DNA from: Sulfurimonas sp.
Lineage (GTDB): Bacteria; Campylobacterota; Campylobacteria; Campylobacterales; Sulfurimonadaceae
Direction of reading: 5' to 3'
Assembly (NCBI GenBank): GCA_027038255.1
Contig: JALVXQ010000110.1
Location: forward strand, 1-45,020
Length of the DNA: 45,020 nt
Position numbers and translations under genes: made by a program. Below are positions 38,085 through 45,020 of this stretch, in pieces (position 1 is the stretch's first letter; the number at the start of each line of letters is the position of its first letter). The notes below the pieces were generated by a model. It was not told the origin of the DNA. It ran no database searches and saw only the letters and a program-made list of their open reading frames with translations.

Positions 38085-38939
38085 TTACTCCACGAGCGCT
38101 TTGAAATTTTTCACCGTGTAGAGCTTGAGTTGCTCTCCTTTGAGTGATTTTAGTTCACTTGAAAAGCCTTTTTTTGCCACGAGAACAAAGATATCTGCTT
38201 GTATGTTTGCTTTGGCGCAAAGCTTTTGCAGTCTTGTCAGTTCGCTTTTTTTAACCTTGTTGTTACTGTATTTACAGAGACCAACAACTCTTTTTTTTGA
38301 TTTTGTAAGCCCATAGATGTCTATCTCCAAACCATCATTCTGCCAATACTCAGACATCTCCATGATGGGCTCTTCTTTGAAACTCTCACGCAGAAGATCC
38401 TGAGAGAGTTCTTTAAATGTCTGGTTTGTGAATTCATTTGCGTGACGTTCCCAACGCTCTTGTACTTCACGGTAGTCACCATCACGAATACCTTTGAAAA
38501 TAGGAGAGATAAAAGCAAACCAAAAACGTAAAAAAGGAGTTGTAAAAAAGAGCTTGTCATCAGCACCTTTACACCGTTTCTGGCGTAAAATTCCTCTCTC
38601 ACGCAGTGTTTCTATGGCTTTTTCTGCGACATTCTCTTCCACTTTTGCACGTTTATAGACAGCATGAAGCTTTCCATCACTTAGAGCTACTGCACTTAAG
38701 ATGGAGTGATAAAGTGGCTGGCCGTCCGTGAGTTCAGTGATGTCATTTCTGATGTAGGTATAATCAGTAAGAATGAGTTTTTCAATTAACTCATAGGAAG
38801 GTTTGCTTGTATCAATCTCTCCCCATGCAACACCACCGAAGATAGCAAATTTTTCAACCGCATCTTCAAAGTTTTTTGGTTTATGGTCACTGCAGAAGTT
38901 TTTAAATTGCTCTTTGAGAGTCTCTTTTTTTGATAAAAT
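38085..38939 (-). CDS. DUF234-domain protein (archaeal-ATPase-associated type), probable ATT start
   Basis: Frame is open 99 codons upstream of the ORF-track GTG ('FAIFGG', 'YHSILSAVA'); 'FTTPFLRFWFAFI', 'YW..EID', 'GLCKY'. ATT lies 6 nt after AAGGAG. Confidence 0.78.
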   Translation of the reverse strand: MLSKKETLKEQFKNFCSDHKPKNFEDAVEKFAIFGGVAWGEIDTSKPSYELIEKLILTDYTYIRNDITELTDGQPLYHSILSAVALSDGKLHAVYKRAKVEENVAEKAIETLRERGILRQKRCKGADDKLFFTTPFLRFWFAFISPIFKGIRDGDYREVQERWERHANEFTNQTFKELSQDLLRESFKEEPIMEMSEYWQNDGLEIDIYGLTKSKKRVVGLCKYSNNKVKKSELTRLQKLCAKANIQADIFVLVAKKGFSSELKSLKGEQLKLYTVKNFKALVE

Positions 38940-38977
38940 GGGTCACTCCTTGTATAAGTTATCTAATTATACAACAT

Positions 38978-39009
38978 TACACAAACACTACACACTATTT
39001 TTGTAGAAT
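38978..39009 (+). promoter_or_regulatory. Promoter with TACACA-N5-TACACA box (copy 1)
   Basis: TACACA-AACAC-TACACA-N9-TAGAAT upstream of the Cys-rich peptide gene. Confidence 0.75.
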
Positions 39010-39107
39010 AACTGCAATGTAACTTGTATAACATAAACATTTCTTATTTTATGTTACACTTGTTCAAAATAACTGACTTTGTTAGTTTAAATTCAAAGGA
39101 TGAGAAA

Positions 39108-39446
39108 ATGAAAAAGTTAAATATGGCAGCAATGCTTTTGGGTGCAACACTCTTTGTTGGTTTTGGAGCAATAAGTCTTAATGCAAGTGATATGAAATGT
39201 GGAGCTGGTAAATGTGGTTCTTCTATGGAAAAACCTGCGAAGAAGTGTGGTGAAGGTAAATGTGGCGCACAGAAGAAAGCTATGAAAAAAGGAATGAAGT
39301 GTGGTGCGGGTAAATGTGGCGCACAGAAGAAAGCTATGAAAAAAGGAATGAAGTGTGGTGCGGGTAAATGTGGCGATGGCAAAAAATCTATGAAAAAAGA
39401 GAAGAAAAAAGCTATGAAGTGTGGTAAAGGAAAGTGTGGAAGTTAA
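39108..39446 (+). CDS. Secreted Cys/Lys/Met-rich repeat peptide, HvfA/bufferin-like metallophore precursor (5 x KCGxGKCG)
   Basis: ATG after AAGGA; Sec signal (…LNA); 10 Cys in KCG[A/E/K]GKCG units, including 'EGKCG'. Confidence 0.8.
   Translation: MKKLNMAAMLLGATLFVGFGAISLNASDMKCGAGKCGSSMEKPAKKCGEGKCGAQKKAMKKGMKCGAGKCGAQKKAMKKGMKCGAGKCGDGKKSMKKEKKKAMKCGKGKCGS
39255..39375 (+). repeat. Exact 54-bp tandem repeat (about 2.2 copies) within the Cys-rich peptide gene
   Basis: Unit ggtaaatgtggcgcacagaagaaagctatgaaaaaaggaatgaagtgtggtgcg at 39255 and 39309, with a partial copy at 39363. Confidence 0.95.
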
Positions 39447-39478
39447 GAAAACTTCTTTGATTGAAGTAGAGAGTTTCT

Positions 39479-40010
39479 CTACTTTATCACTATCTTCATT
39501 CTATCCTCAGCAAAAACAACTTTTCTTTTATAATTTTTTTCTATCTCCTGACGTGTTTTATTTTCATCTCCTATTGTTCCGTTCATTCTATGCGTTAGAA
39601 GGAGCTTTTTTACTTAACTACAATCTTCACTGCCAAAGCAGGGACAATGCCATGATGAACCTCTACCATCTCAAGCGAAAAATCTTTATACTGTTTATGC
39701 ATGCTTTTAGATACGGTGAGGGGAATAATTGTAAAAGAGTCACTCTCTGGTGTGAGGACATCCTGCATATATCTGTAAGCACCATTTTTGCCAAAAAGTA
39801 TGTGTACAAATTCATACATAGAGGGAAAATATGCATTGCCATGTGGTCCGATGATATCTAAACTCTTCTTGCGTGAGGAGAAATATCCTGCTTTTATAAA
39901 AGCAGGCAGATCTACACTGTGCTCGATATGTAGATAGGTAAGCACAACCGCTTCAAGGTCTTCAAGTTGTGCACTGCTTTGCTCAAACCGAAGCATAGAA
40001 CTACACCTCA
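39479..40010 (-). pseudogene. Decayed MBL-fold (RNase Z/arylsulfatase-like) hydrolase
   Basis: Degenerate metal motif 'TYLHIEHSVD' (canonical THxHxDH); 'VHHGIVPALA'; then out-of-frame C-terminal pieces 'KLLLTHRM' and 'VVFAEDRMKI*'. The N-terminus and the SGDT region are missing. 5' boundary approximate. Confidence 0.78.
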
Positions 40011-40102
40011 TAGCTATTTGAATTTTTATTTCCTTTAGAGTGTTTTTTTGTTTTTCTTTATGCAATTAATATAGGGTATAATAATTATAGAGGATGAAGT
40101 GT

Positions 40103-41185
40103 ATGATGAAAACTAATTTTTTAAAGAATATTATTGATAAAGAGTATTTGTTAGATACATTTGATAAATATGTTATTTTTTCTGCAACAGATTTAAAAGG
40201 AGAAATTGTATATTCAAGTGATGCTTTTAGTAGAATCAGCAGATATACAAAAGAGGAACTTTTAGGAAAAAATCACAATATAGTTAGACACAAAGATATG
40301 CCGGATAAATTATTTAAAGAATTGTGGGCTACTATAAAATCAGGTAAAACCTGGTATGGTGAAATTAAAAATAGAAAAAAAGATGGTGATTACTATTGGG
40401 TGGATGCCATAATTGAGCCTTATTACAATGATGCAGATGAAGTGATTGGCTATTATGCTGTGCGACATAATATTACAGATAAAAAAGAGTTGGAATCTTT
40501 CAAAAAAGATTTGGAAAAAGTTAATGAATTTTTAGAAGATGAGATACAAAACAGAATTAAAGATATTGTTACTCTCAACAAAGGTATTAGAGAGACGCAA
40601 AAAGAAATTATTTTTACAATGGGTACAATTGGGGAGAGTCGTTCTAAAGAGACTGGGAATCATGTAAAAAGAGTTGCAGAGTATTCAAGATTGTTGGCAG
40701 AATATAGTGGACTTGACAGATATCAAACGCAATTATTACAAGAAGCCAGCCCTATGCATGATATTGGAAAAGTTGGTATTCCTGATGCTATTTTAAATAA
40801 GCCGGGCAGACATACGGCTGATGAAACCAAGATAATGAAAACACATACAACATTGGGTTTTGATATGCTTAAACATTCTGATAAAGAACTTTTAAAAATT
40901 GCAGCAACAGTCGCTTATGAGCATCATGAAAAATGGGATGGTTCCGGATATCCTAGAGGTTTAAAAGGTAACGAGATTAGTATTTATGCACGTATTACTG
41001 CCGTCGCTGATGTATTTGACGCTCTTGGAAGTGACAGAGTCTATAAAAAAGCATGGAGAGATGAAGATATATTTCAAATGCTTGAAGAGCAAAAAGGGAA
41101 ACATTTCGATCCTCTGCTCGTAGATATCTTTTTAAATAATGTAGAAGATTTTAAAAAAATTCGAGATAGATATAAAGATGTTTAA
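40103..41185 (+). CDS. PAS + HD-GYP cyclic-di-nucleotide phosphodiesterase
   Basis: PAS 'GKNHNIVRH...W...IKNRKKDG..YWV'; 'ETGNHVKRV', 'MHDIGK', 'HHEKWDGSGYP', 'ADVFDAL'. Confidence 0.93.
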   Translation: MMKTNFLKNIIDKEYLLDTFDKYVIFSATDLKGEIVYSSDAFSRISRYTKEELLGKNHNIVRHKDMPDKLFKELWATIKSGKTWYGEIKNRKKDGDYYWVDAIIEPYYNDADEVIGYYAVRHNITDKKELESFKKDLEKVNEFLEDEIQNRIKDIVTLNKGIRETQKEIIFTMGTIGESRSKETGNHVKRVAEYSRLLAEYSGLDRYQTQLLQEASPMHDIGKVGIPDAILNKPGRHTADETKIMKTHTTLGFDMLKHSDKELLKIAATVAYEHHEKWDGSGYPRGLKGNEISIYARITAVADVFDALGSDRVYKKAWRDEDIFQMLEEQKGKHFDPLLVDIFLNNVEDFKKIRDRYKDV

Positions 41186-41199
41186 TACAAAAGAGTTCT

Positions 41200-41231
41200 T
41201 ACACACTTACTACACAGATAAAAGATAAACT
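41200..41231 (+). promoter_or_regulatory. Promoter with TACACA-N5-TACACA box (copy 2)
   Basis: TACACA-CTTAC-TACACA-N9-TAAACT upstream of the doxX-like gene. Confidence 0.75.
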
Positions 41232-41258
41232 TCTCTCATATAAATAAAGGAGTTTATT

Positions 41259-41699
41259 ATGAATATCAAAAGTATCTATTTGGAATTTTCCCGATTAAGC
41301 GAGTATCTCAAATCGCCAAGTCTGCTCTTTGCACGTCTTACTGTAGCTTATGGTTTTTATCAGCCGGCTATGATGAAGTGGAATGACATCAACTCTGTTG
41401 CAGAGTGGTTTGGCTCTATGGGCATTCCGTTTCCTACACTCAATGCCTATATGGCCGCAAGTACGGAGATAACAGGTGTTGTTCTTTTAACATTGGGCTT
41501 TTTAACACGTCTGATTTCCATTCCATTAATTGTCATTATGATTGTTGCCATTGTGGCCGTACACCTACCAAATGGTTTTGAGGCAGGAAATAACGGTTTT
41601 GAAATTCCACTCTACTATATGCTCTTTTTGATTATTTTCATCGCGCATGGTGCCGGGAGATTTTCTCTTGACAGACTTCTCTTCGGTGATAAAAGTTAA
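41259..41699 (+). CDS. DoxX-family membrane protein (HvfX-like)
   Basis: Motifs 'LLFARL', 'WFGSMGIPFP', 'LGFLTR', 'VHLPNGF...NNGFEIPLYY', 'GAGRFSLD'. Confidence 0.9.
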   Translation: MNIKSIYLEFSRLSEYLKSPSLLFARLTVAYGFYQPAMMKWNDINSVAEWFGSMGIPFPTLNAYMAASTEITGVVLLTLGFLTRLISIPLIVIMIVAIVAVHLPNGFEAGNNGFEIPLYYMLFLIIFIAHGAGRFSLDRLLFGDKS

Positions 41700-41704
41700 G
41701 CAAG

Positions 41705-43456
41705 ATGGAAGAGTTAGTAGAGTTTACACATAAGATAGGGCATATAAATTCCCCTATTATGATGTTTTTAATGGAGGCATTTATTGTCTTTTTTATTGTT
41801 GCCTCTGCGATTATCTATATTTATGATAAATATATTCAAAGAGAGAATCAACTGCTTATAAACTATCCGCTTATTGGAAGATTACGATATGTTTTTTATG
41901 CTTTGCGTGACCCGATGCGCCAATATTTCGGCGATGAGAAGTTTTATGAATCTTTTGACAAAGTCAAGTGGGTATATGACTCTGCCGAGCGCAAATCAGC
42001 TTATGCCTCTTTCTCTCCGGGGCAGCCGCTCAAAAGTGCACGTTTAGCGATTAAAAATGCCAACTGTGTTTTAAATACAGAGGATGTAAGTGATGATTTT
42101 TCTGTTACATTTGGAGAGAATGCTTCTTATCCGTTTAAAACAAGATCTGTATTTGGACGCAGTGCCATGAGTGACGGTGCTATCTCTCCTGAGGGTACAC
42201 GTGCTTTTACCAAGGGTGCATATCTAGGAAAATTTCCTATAAATACAGGAGAAGGAAGTCTGACTTCAAACTTTTTTTATACACATAAATATACACGGGA
42301 GTGTAAGTTCTTCGAGACCTTTGAAGGGACTTTCTTTGCAAAAGGTATTTATAAAATTATCAAACTTTTACTTAACGGAGCGATTGCACAAAAGGTTTAT
42401 AAACATATGGTGGTTTACTCCAAAGCACCGGATAGTTATCTGTTTGATAGGGAAGAGATACTTTTTTATCGTGTGAATTGGGATGCGGATATCTCGACTT
42501 TTCCCTCACAGGTTCCCGATGATATACCTGATATTATCTTTCAGATGGGAAGCGGTCTTTATGGTGTTCGTGATGCAGAGGGAAATTTTTGTGAGACACG
42601 GTACCAAAAAACGATGCGTTTTTGTAAGATGACAGAGATAAAGATGGCGCAAGGTGCCAAACAGACAGGCGGGAAACTGCTTGCTTCAAAAGTAAGTGAG
42701 GAGGTAGCCTACTACCGTGGAGTAGAGGCACATAAAAATCTCTTCAGCCCGAATCAGTTTCCGTTTGCGCATACTTTGGAGGAGCTGTTTGACTTTATGG
42801 GCAGATTGAAAAAACTCTCTAATAAGCCTGTTGGTGTCAAGATAGTCATCTCTTCGGCAGTAGCATTTGATGCGTATGCTAAACTTATTAAAGAGCGTTT
42901 AGATGCCGGGAGTGATGCCTACCCTGATTTCATTACCATAGACGGTGGTGACGGCGGGAGTGGTGCCGCACCATTAGAGATGATGATGACAGTGGGTATG
43001 ACCATCTCAAAAGCACTCTTTATCGCTCAGAGTGCCCTGTTGCGTGAGGGAGTGCGTGAGAAGGTCAAGCTTATCGCGAGTGAAAAGGTACTGACACCTG
43101 ATGATGCCATTGTTCTTTTTGGACTTGGTGCTGACTATGTGGCGATTGCGCGTGCCTTTATGATGAGTGCGGGATGCATACGGGCACGTGAGTGTTCGGG
43201 TGCACATGGACGAGCCTGCCCGGTCGGGCTTGCTACGCAAGATAAGAAGAAACGGGCCTCTTTTTTAGTAGAGAAAAAAGCAAGAAATGTTGCCTCGTAC
43301 CACGCACAAATGCTCAGTGGTATTCGCGCTCTTTTGGCTGTTATGGGACTTGACAGTTTACAAAAACTTTCTAAGGAAAATCTCATATTTAAAGATAACA
43401 CTGGAAAGACCTACATGGATGTCGATTGCTACTTTAAAGAGGCTTTGGTGGATTAA
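41705..43456 (+). CDS. FMN-binding glutamate synthase family protein (stand-alone, N-terminal TM helix)
   Basis: Motifs 'SAMSDGAIS', 'NTGEG', 'EIKMAQGAK', 'KPVGVK', 'TIDGGDGGSGAAP', 'CIRAREC...CPVGLATQD'. Confidence 0.9.
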   Translation: MEELVEFTHKIGHINSPIMMFLMEAFIVFFIVASAIIYIYDKYIQRENQLLINYPLIGRLRYVFYALRDPMRQYFGDEKFYESFDKVKWVYDSAERKSAYASFSPGQPLKSARLAIKNANCVLNTEDVSDDFSVTFGENASYPFKTRSVFGRSAMSDGAISPEGTRAFTKGAYLGKFPINTGEGSLTSNFFYTHKYTRECKFFETFEGTFFAKGIYKIIKLLLNGAIAQKVYKHMVVYSKAPDSYLFDREEILFYRVNWDADISTFPSQVPDDIPDIIFQMGSGLYGVRDAEGNFCETRYQKTMRFCKMTEIKMAQGAKQTGGKLLASKVSEEVAYYRGVEAHKNLFSPNQFPFAHTLEELFDFMGRLKKLSNKPVGVKIVISSAVAFDAYAKLIKERLDAGSDAYPDFITIDGGDGGSGAAPLEMMMTVGMTISKALFIAQSALLREGVREKVKLIASEKVLTPDDAIVLFGLGADYVAIARAFMMSAGCIRARECSGAHGRACPVGLATQDKKKRASFLVEKKARNVASYHAQMLSGIRALLAVMGLDSLQKLSKENLIFKDNTGKTYMDVDCYFKEALVD

Positions 43457-43488
43457 TACACAAAGCATACACACTTTTTTTGTATAAT
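43457..43488 (+). promoter_or_regulatory. Promoter with TACACA-N5-TACACA box (copy 3)
   Basis: TACACA-AAGCA-TACACA-N9-TATAAT, then AAGGAGG. Confidence 0.75.
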
Positions 43489-43516
43489 AGTTGTAAGATA
43501 AAAAAAGGAGGATGGT

Positions 43517-43651
43517 ATGTGTATCCCTCATAGTGCACCACGCACGATTAGCAACAATTTTGAAAAAGGCGACCCTAATTTTGTGGATGAACGCACATCT
43601 GCATATAGTCCAAAGAAAAAAGGCTCTTTTTTTGACAACTTTTTCTCGTAG
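43517..43651 (+). CDS. Small ORF (44 aa), not in ORF track
   Basis: ATG 5 nt after AAGGAGG; MCIPHSAPRTISNNFEKGDPNFVDERTSAYSPKKKGSFFDNFFS*. Confidence 0.55.
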   Translation: MCIPHSAPRTISNNFEKGDPNFVDERTSAYSPKKKGSFFDNFFS

Positions 43652-44123
43652 AAATTTTTTAAGCGCAGGTATTTTGTCGAGTGCCGTTTTTTTGATGGAC
43701 GGTTGCAGCCTTTTTGGTATTACGACACCTCTAAAGACACTCGGTGTCATGCACAAAGACCTTTTTCCAAAGGCACAAAGTCTCGGCATTCAAACAGCGC
43801 CCTATATGTCTTTGGTATTTAATCATCCCCGAATTTCCAAAGCAGATAAAGAGTTTTTAAAAAATGGCGTGAAATGGCTCAATGAAGAGGCTGTAAAAGA
43901 GTACAAATCCGCTTACACAAAGCTCTCACGCAAGGATAGAGAGAGCATTCTTAGGAGCATATCAAAAACAGAGTGGGGAGAGAGCTTTATCTATGATGTG
44001 ATGAGCTATATGTTCGAAGCGATGCTCGGAGACCCAATCTATGGTGGTAACAACAAAGAAGCAGGCTGGAAATGGCTTGCATTTACAGGCGGAGAGCCGC
44101 GTCCAAAGGAGCCGTACTTATAA
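43632..44123 (+). CDS. Gluconate 2-dehydrogenase subunit 3-like protein (Tat lipoprotein-like)
   Basis: TTG start gives 'MTTFSRRNFL' (Tat signal) with 'DGC'; C-terminal 'GDPIYGGN..AGWKWL'. Confidence 0.85.
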   Translation: MTTFSRRNFLSAGILSSAVFLMDGCSLFGITTPLKTLGVMHKDLFPKAQSLGIQTAPYMSLVFNHPRISKADKEFLKNGVKWLNEEAVKEYKSAYTKLSRKDRESILRSISKTEWGESFIYDVMSYMFEAMLGDPIYGGNNKEAGWKWLAFTGGEPRPKEPYL

Positions 44124-45020
44124 TGGTTGATGTATGTATTATTGGAAGTGGGGCAGGAGCTGCTCCCATTGCTTATGAGCTTTCCAACGCAGGGTTTAAA
44201 GTGGTCGTGCTTGAAAAAGGAAAAAACTACACAGAAGAGGATTTCAACAAAGATGAGTTAGCAGTTTGCCGTCGTGATATGTTCACACCAAATTTAAAAG
44301 ATGAGTTCCACATCATTAATGAGCGACAGAAAGATGGAACATTCAAGCGCTATGACGGACGTGAGTATAACTGGAGTTTTTGGAACGGCTCTATGGTCGG
44401 TGGCTCATCGAACTTGATGAGCGGTTATTTTCACAGACTCAAGCCCAATGACTTCAAGCTCAAAAGCATATACGGCGAAATCATAGGTGCCAATGTCGTG
44501 GACTGGCCTATAAGTTATGAGGATTTGGAGCCTTACTATACAAAAGTAGAGCAGGTTGTAGGTGTCAGCGGTAAAGTCGTAGAGCATAAGTTTCAAGAGC
44601 TGCGCTCCACGTCAAATTTTCCTTACCCGGAACTGCAGACAAACGGTGCTGTGAAGTGGTATGACAAAGCCTGTGAAGCTCTTGGTTATGATGTAATGCC
44701 TACTCCCCGTGCTATTCTCTCAGGGGATGCGCTCTCACGCAAGGGGTGTTTTTACTCTAATTTTTGCGGCTCCTACGGCTGTGCAAGTGGGGCAAAAGGG
44801 AGTGCAAGAGCGGCTTTACTGCAAAAATGTAGGGCAAGAATCGTAACCGATGCCTTTGTTTACAAGTTGGAGAGTGATGAGAAAAGAGTGACTAAAGCAC
44901 ATTACAAAACAAATTTGGGTGTGCCGCATGTTATCGAAGCCAAAATTTTTGTTCTTGCAGCGCAGGCCATAGAGAGTTCACGTTTGCTACTCAATTCCAA
45001 AAATAAGTTTTTCCCAAATG
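44123..45020 (+). CDS. GMC-family oxidoreductase flavoprotein, 3'-truncated by window edge
   Basis: 'MVDVCIIGSGAGAAP...VVVLEKG'; 'MVGGSS', 'DWPISYEDLEPYY', 'FCGSYGC', 'LAAQAIESSRLLLNS'. TAATG coupling to the upstream gene. Confidence 0.92.
   Translation, partial: MVDVCIIGSGAGAAPIAYELSNAGFKVVVLEKGKNYTEEDFNKDELAVCRRDMFTPNLKDEFHIINERQKDGTFKRYDGREYNWSFWNGSMVGGSSNLMSGYFHRLKPNDFKLKSIYGEIIGANVVDWPISYEDLEPYYTKVEQVVGVSGKVVEHKFQELRSTSNFPYPELQTNGAVKWYDKACEALGYDVMPTPRAILSGDALSRKGCFYSNFCGSYGCASGAKGSARAALLQKCRARIVTDAFVYKLESDEKRVTKAHYKTNLGVPHVIEAKIFVLAAQAIESSRLLLNSKNKFFPN

Noticed and set aside
39255-39375. Possible CRISPR-like repeat
   Set aside because: In-frame coding tandem repeat with no spacers and no cas genes.
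39044-39382. Antisense ORF with PHLPAPHF repeats
   Set aside because: Shadow of the KCG-repeat gene on the + strand, which has the RBS, signal peptide and promoter.
43512-43631. N-terminal 40-aa extension of the gluconate dehydrogenase subunit (ORF-track start)
   Set aside because: The ATG abuts the SD with no spacing and would bury the Tat motif. TTG at 43632 plus a separate small ORF fits better.

Overview
AT-rich bacterial chromosomal segment, most likely from a sulfur-oxidising member of Campylobacterota (Sulfurimonas-like). This is inferred from the TPR-rnhA-rnc-aroC order, the stand-alone soxCDYZ cluster, nifS-nifU and the TATAAT-dominated promoters. Core genes: yeiH-like exporter, rnhA, rnc, aroC, soxCDYZ, moaC, mobA, OmpA/CadF-like protein, leuC, nifS/nifU, TrmH-family methyltransferase, dbpA. 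Two accessory systems stand out. (1) An 11.4-kb minus-strand operon (31153->19798): TonB-dependent receptor, a cryptic ExbD remnant, a DsbD/CcdA-like thiol membrane protein, two membrane polyferredoxins (one fused to a His-rich linker and a DUF4198-like domain), a single-subunit HgdB-family protein with the cysteine pattern of double-cubane-cluster proteins (DCCP), its ATP-dependent activator, and an orphan RND permease. It may be an undescribed import plus low-potential-reduction system. (2) A candidate metal (copper?) regulon at 38.9-45 kb: three promoters share TACACA-N5-TACACA-N9-(-10 box). They drive a secreted KCGxGKCG-repeat peptide (HvfA/bufferin-like), a DoxX protein with an FMN glutamate-synthase-like gene, and a hidden 44-aa ORF followed by a Tat-exported GMC oxidoreductase; no DUF692 maturase is in the window. 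Other features missed by the ORF track: a decayed OmpR/CrdRS-like two-component pair, a RelE/ParE-like toxin-antitoxin pair, an MBL-hydrolase pseudogene and a probable ATT-start gene. An AbiEii-type TA pair is also present. No rRNA, tRNA, CRISPR array or IS element was recognised. All family assignments come from motif recognition by eye, not database searches.
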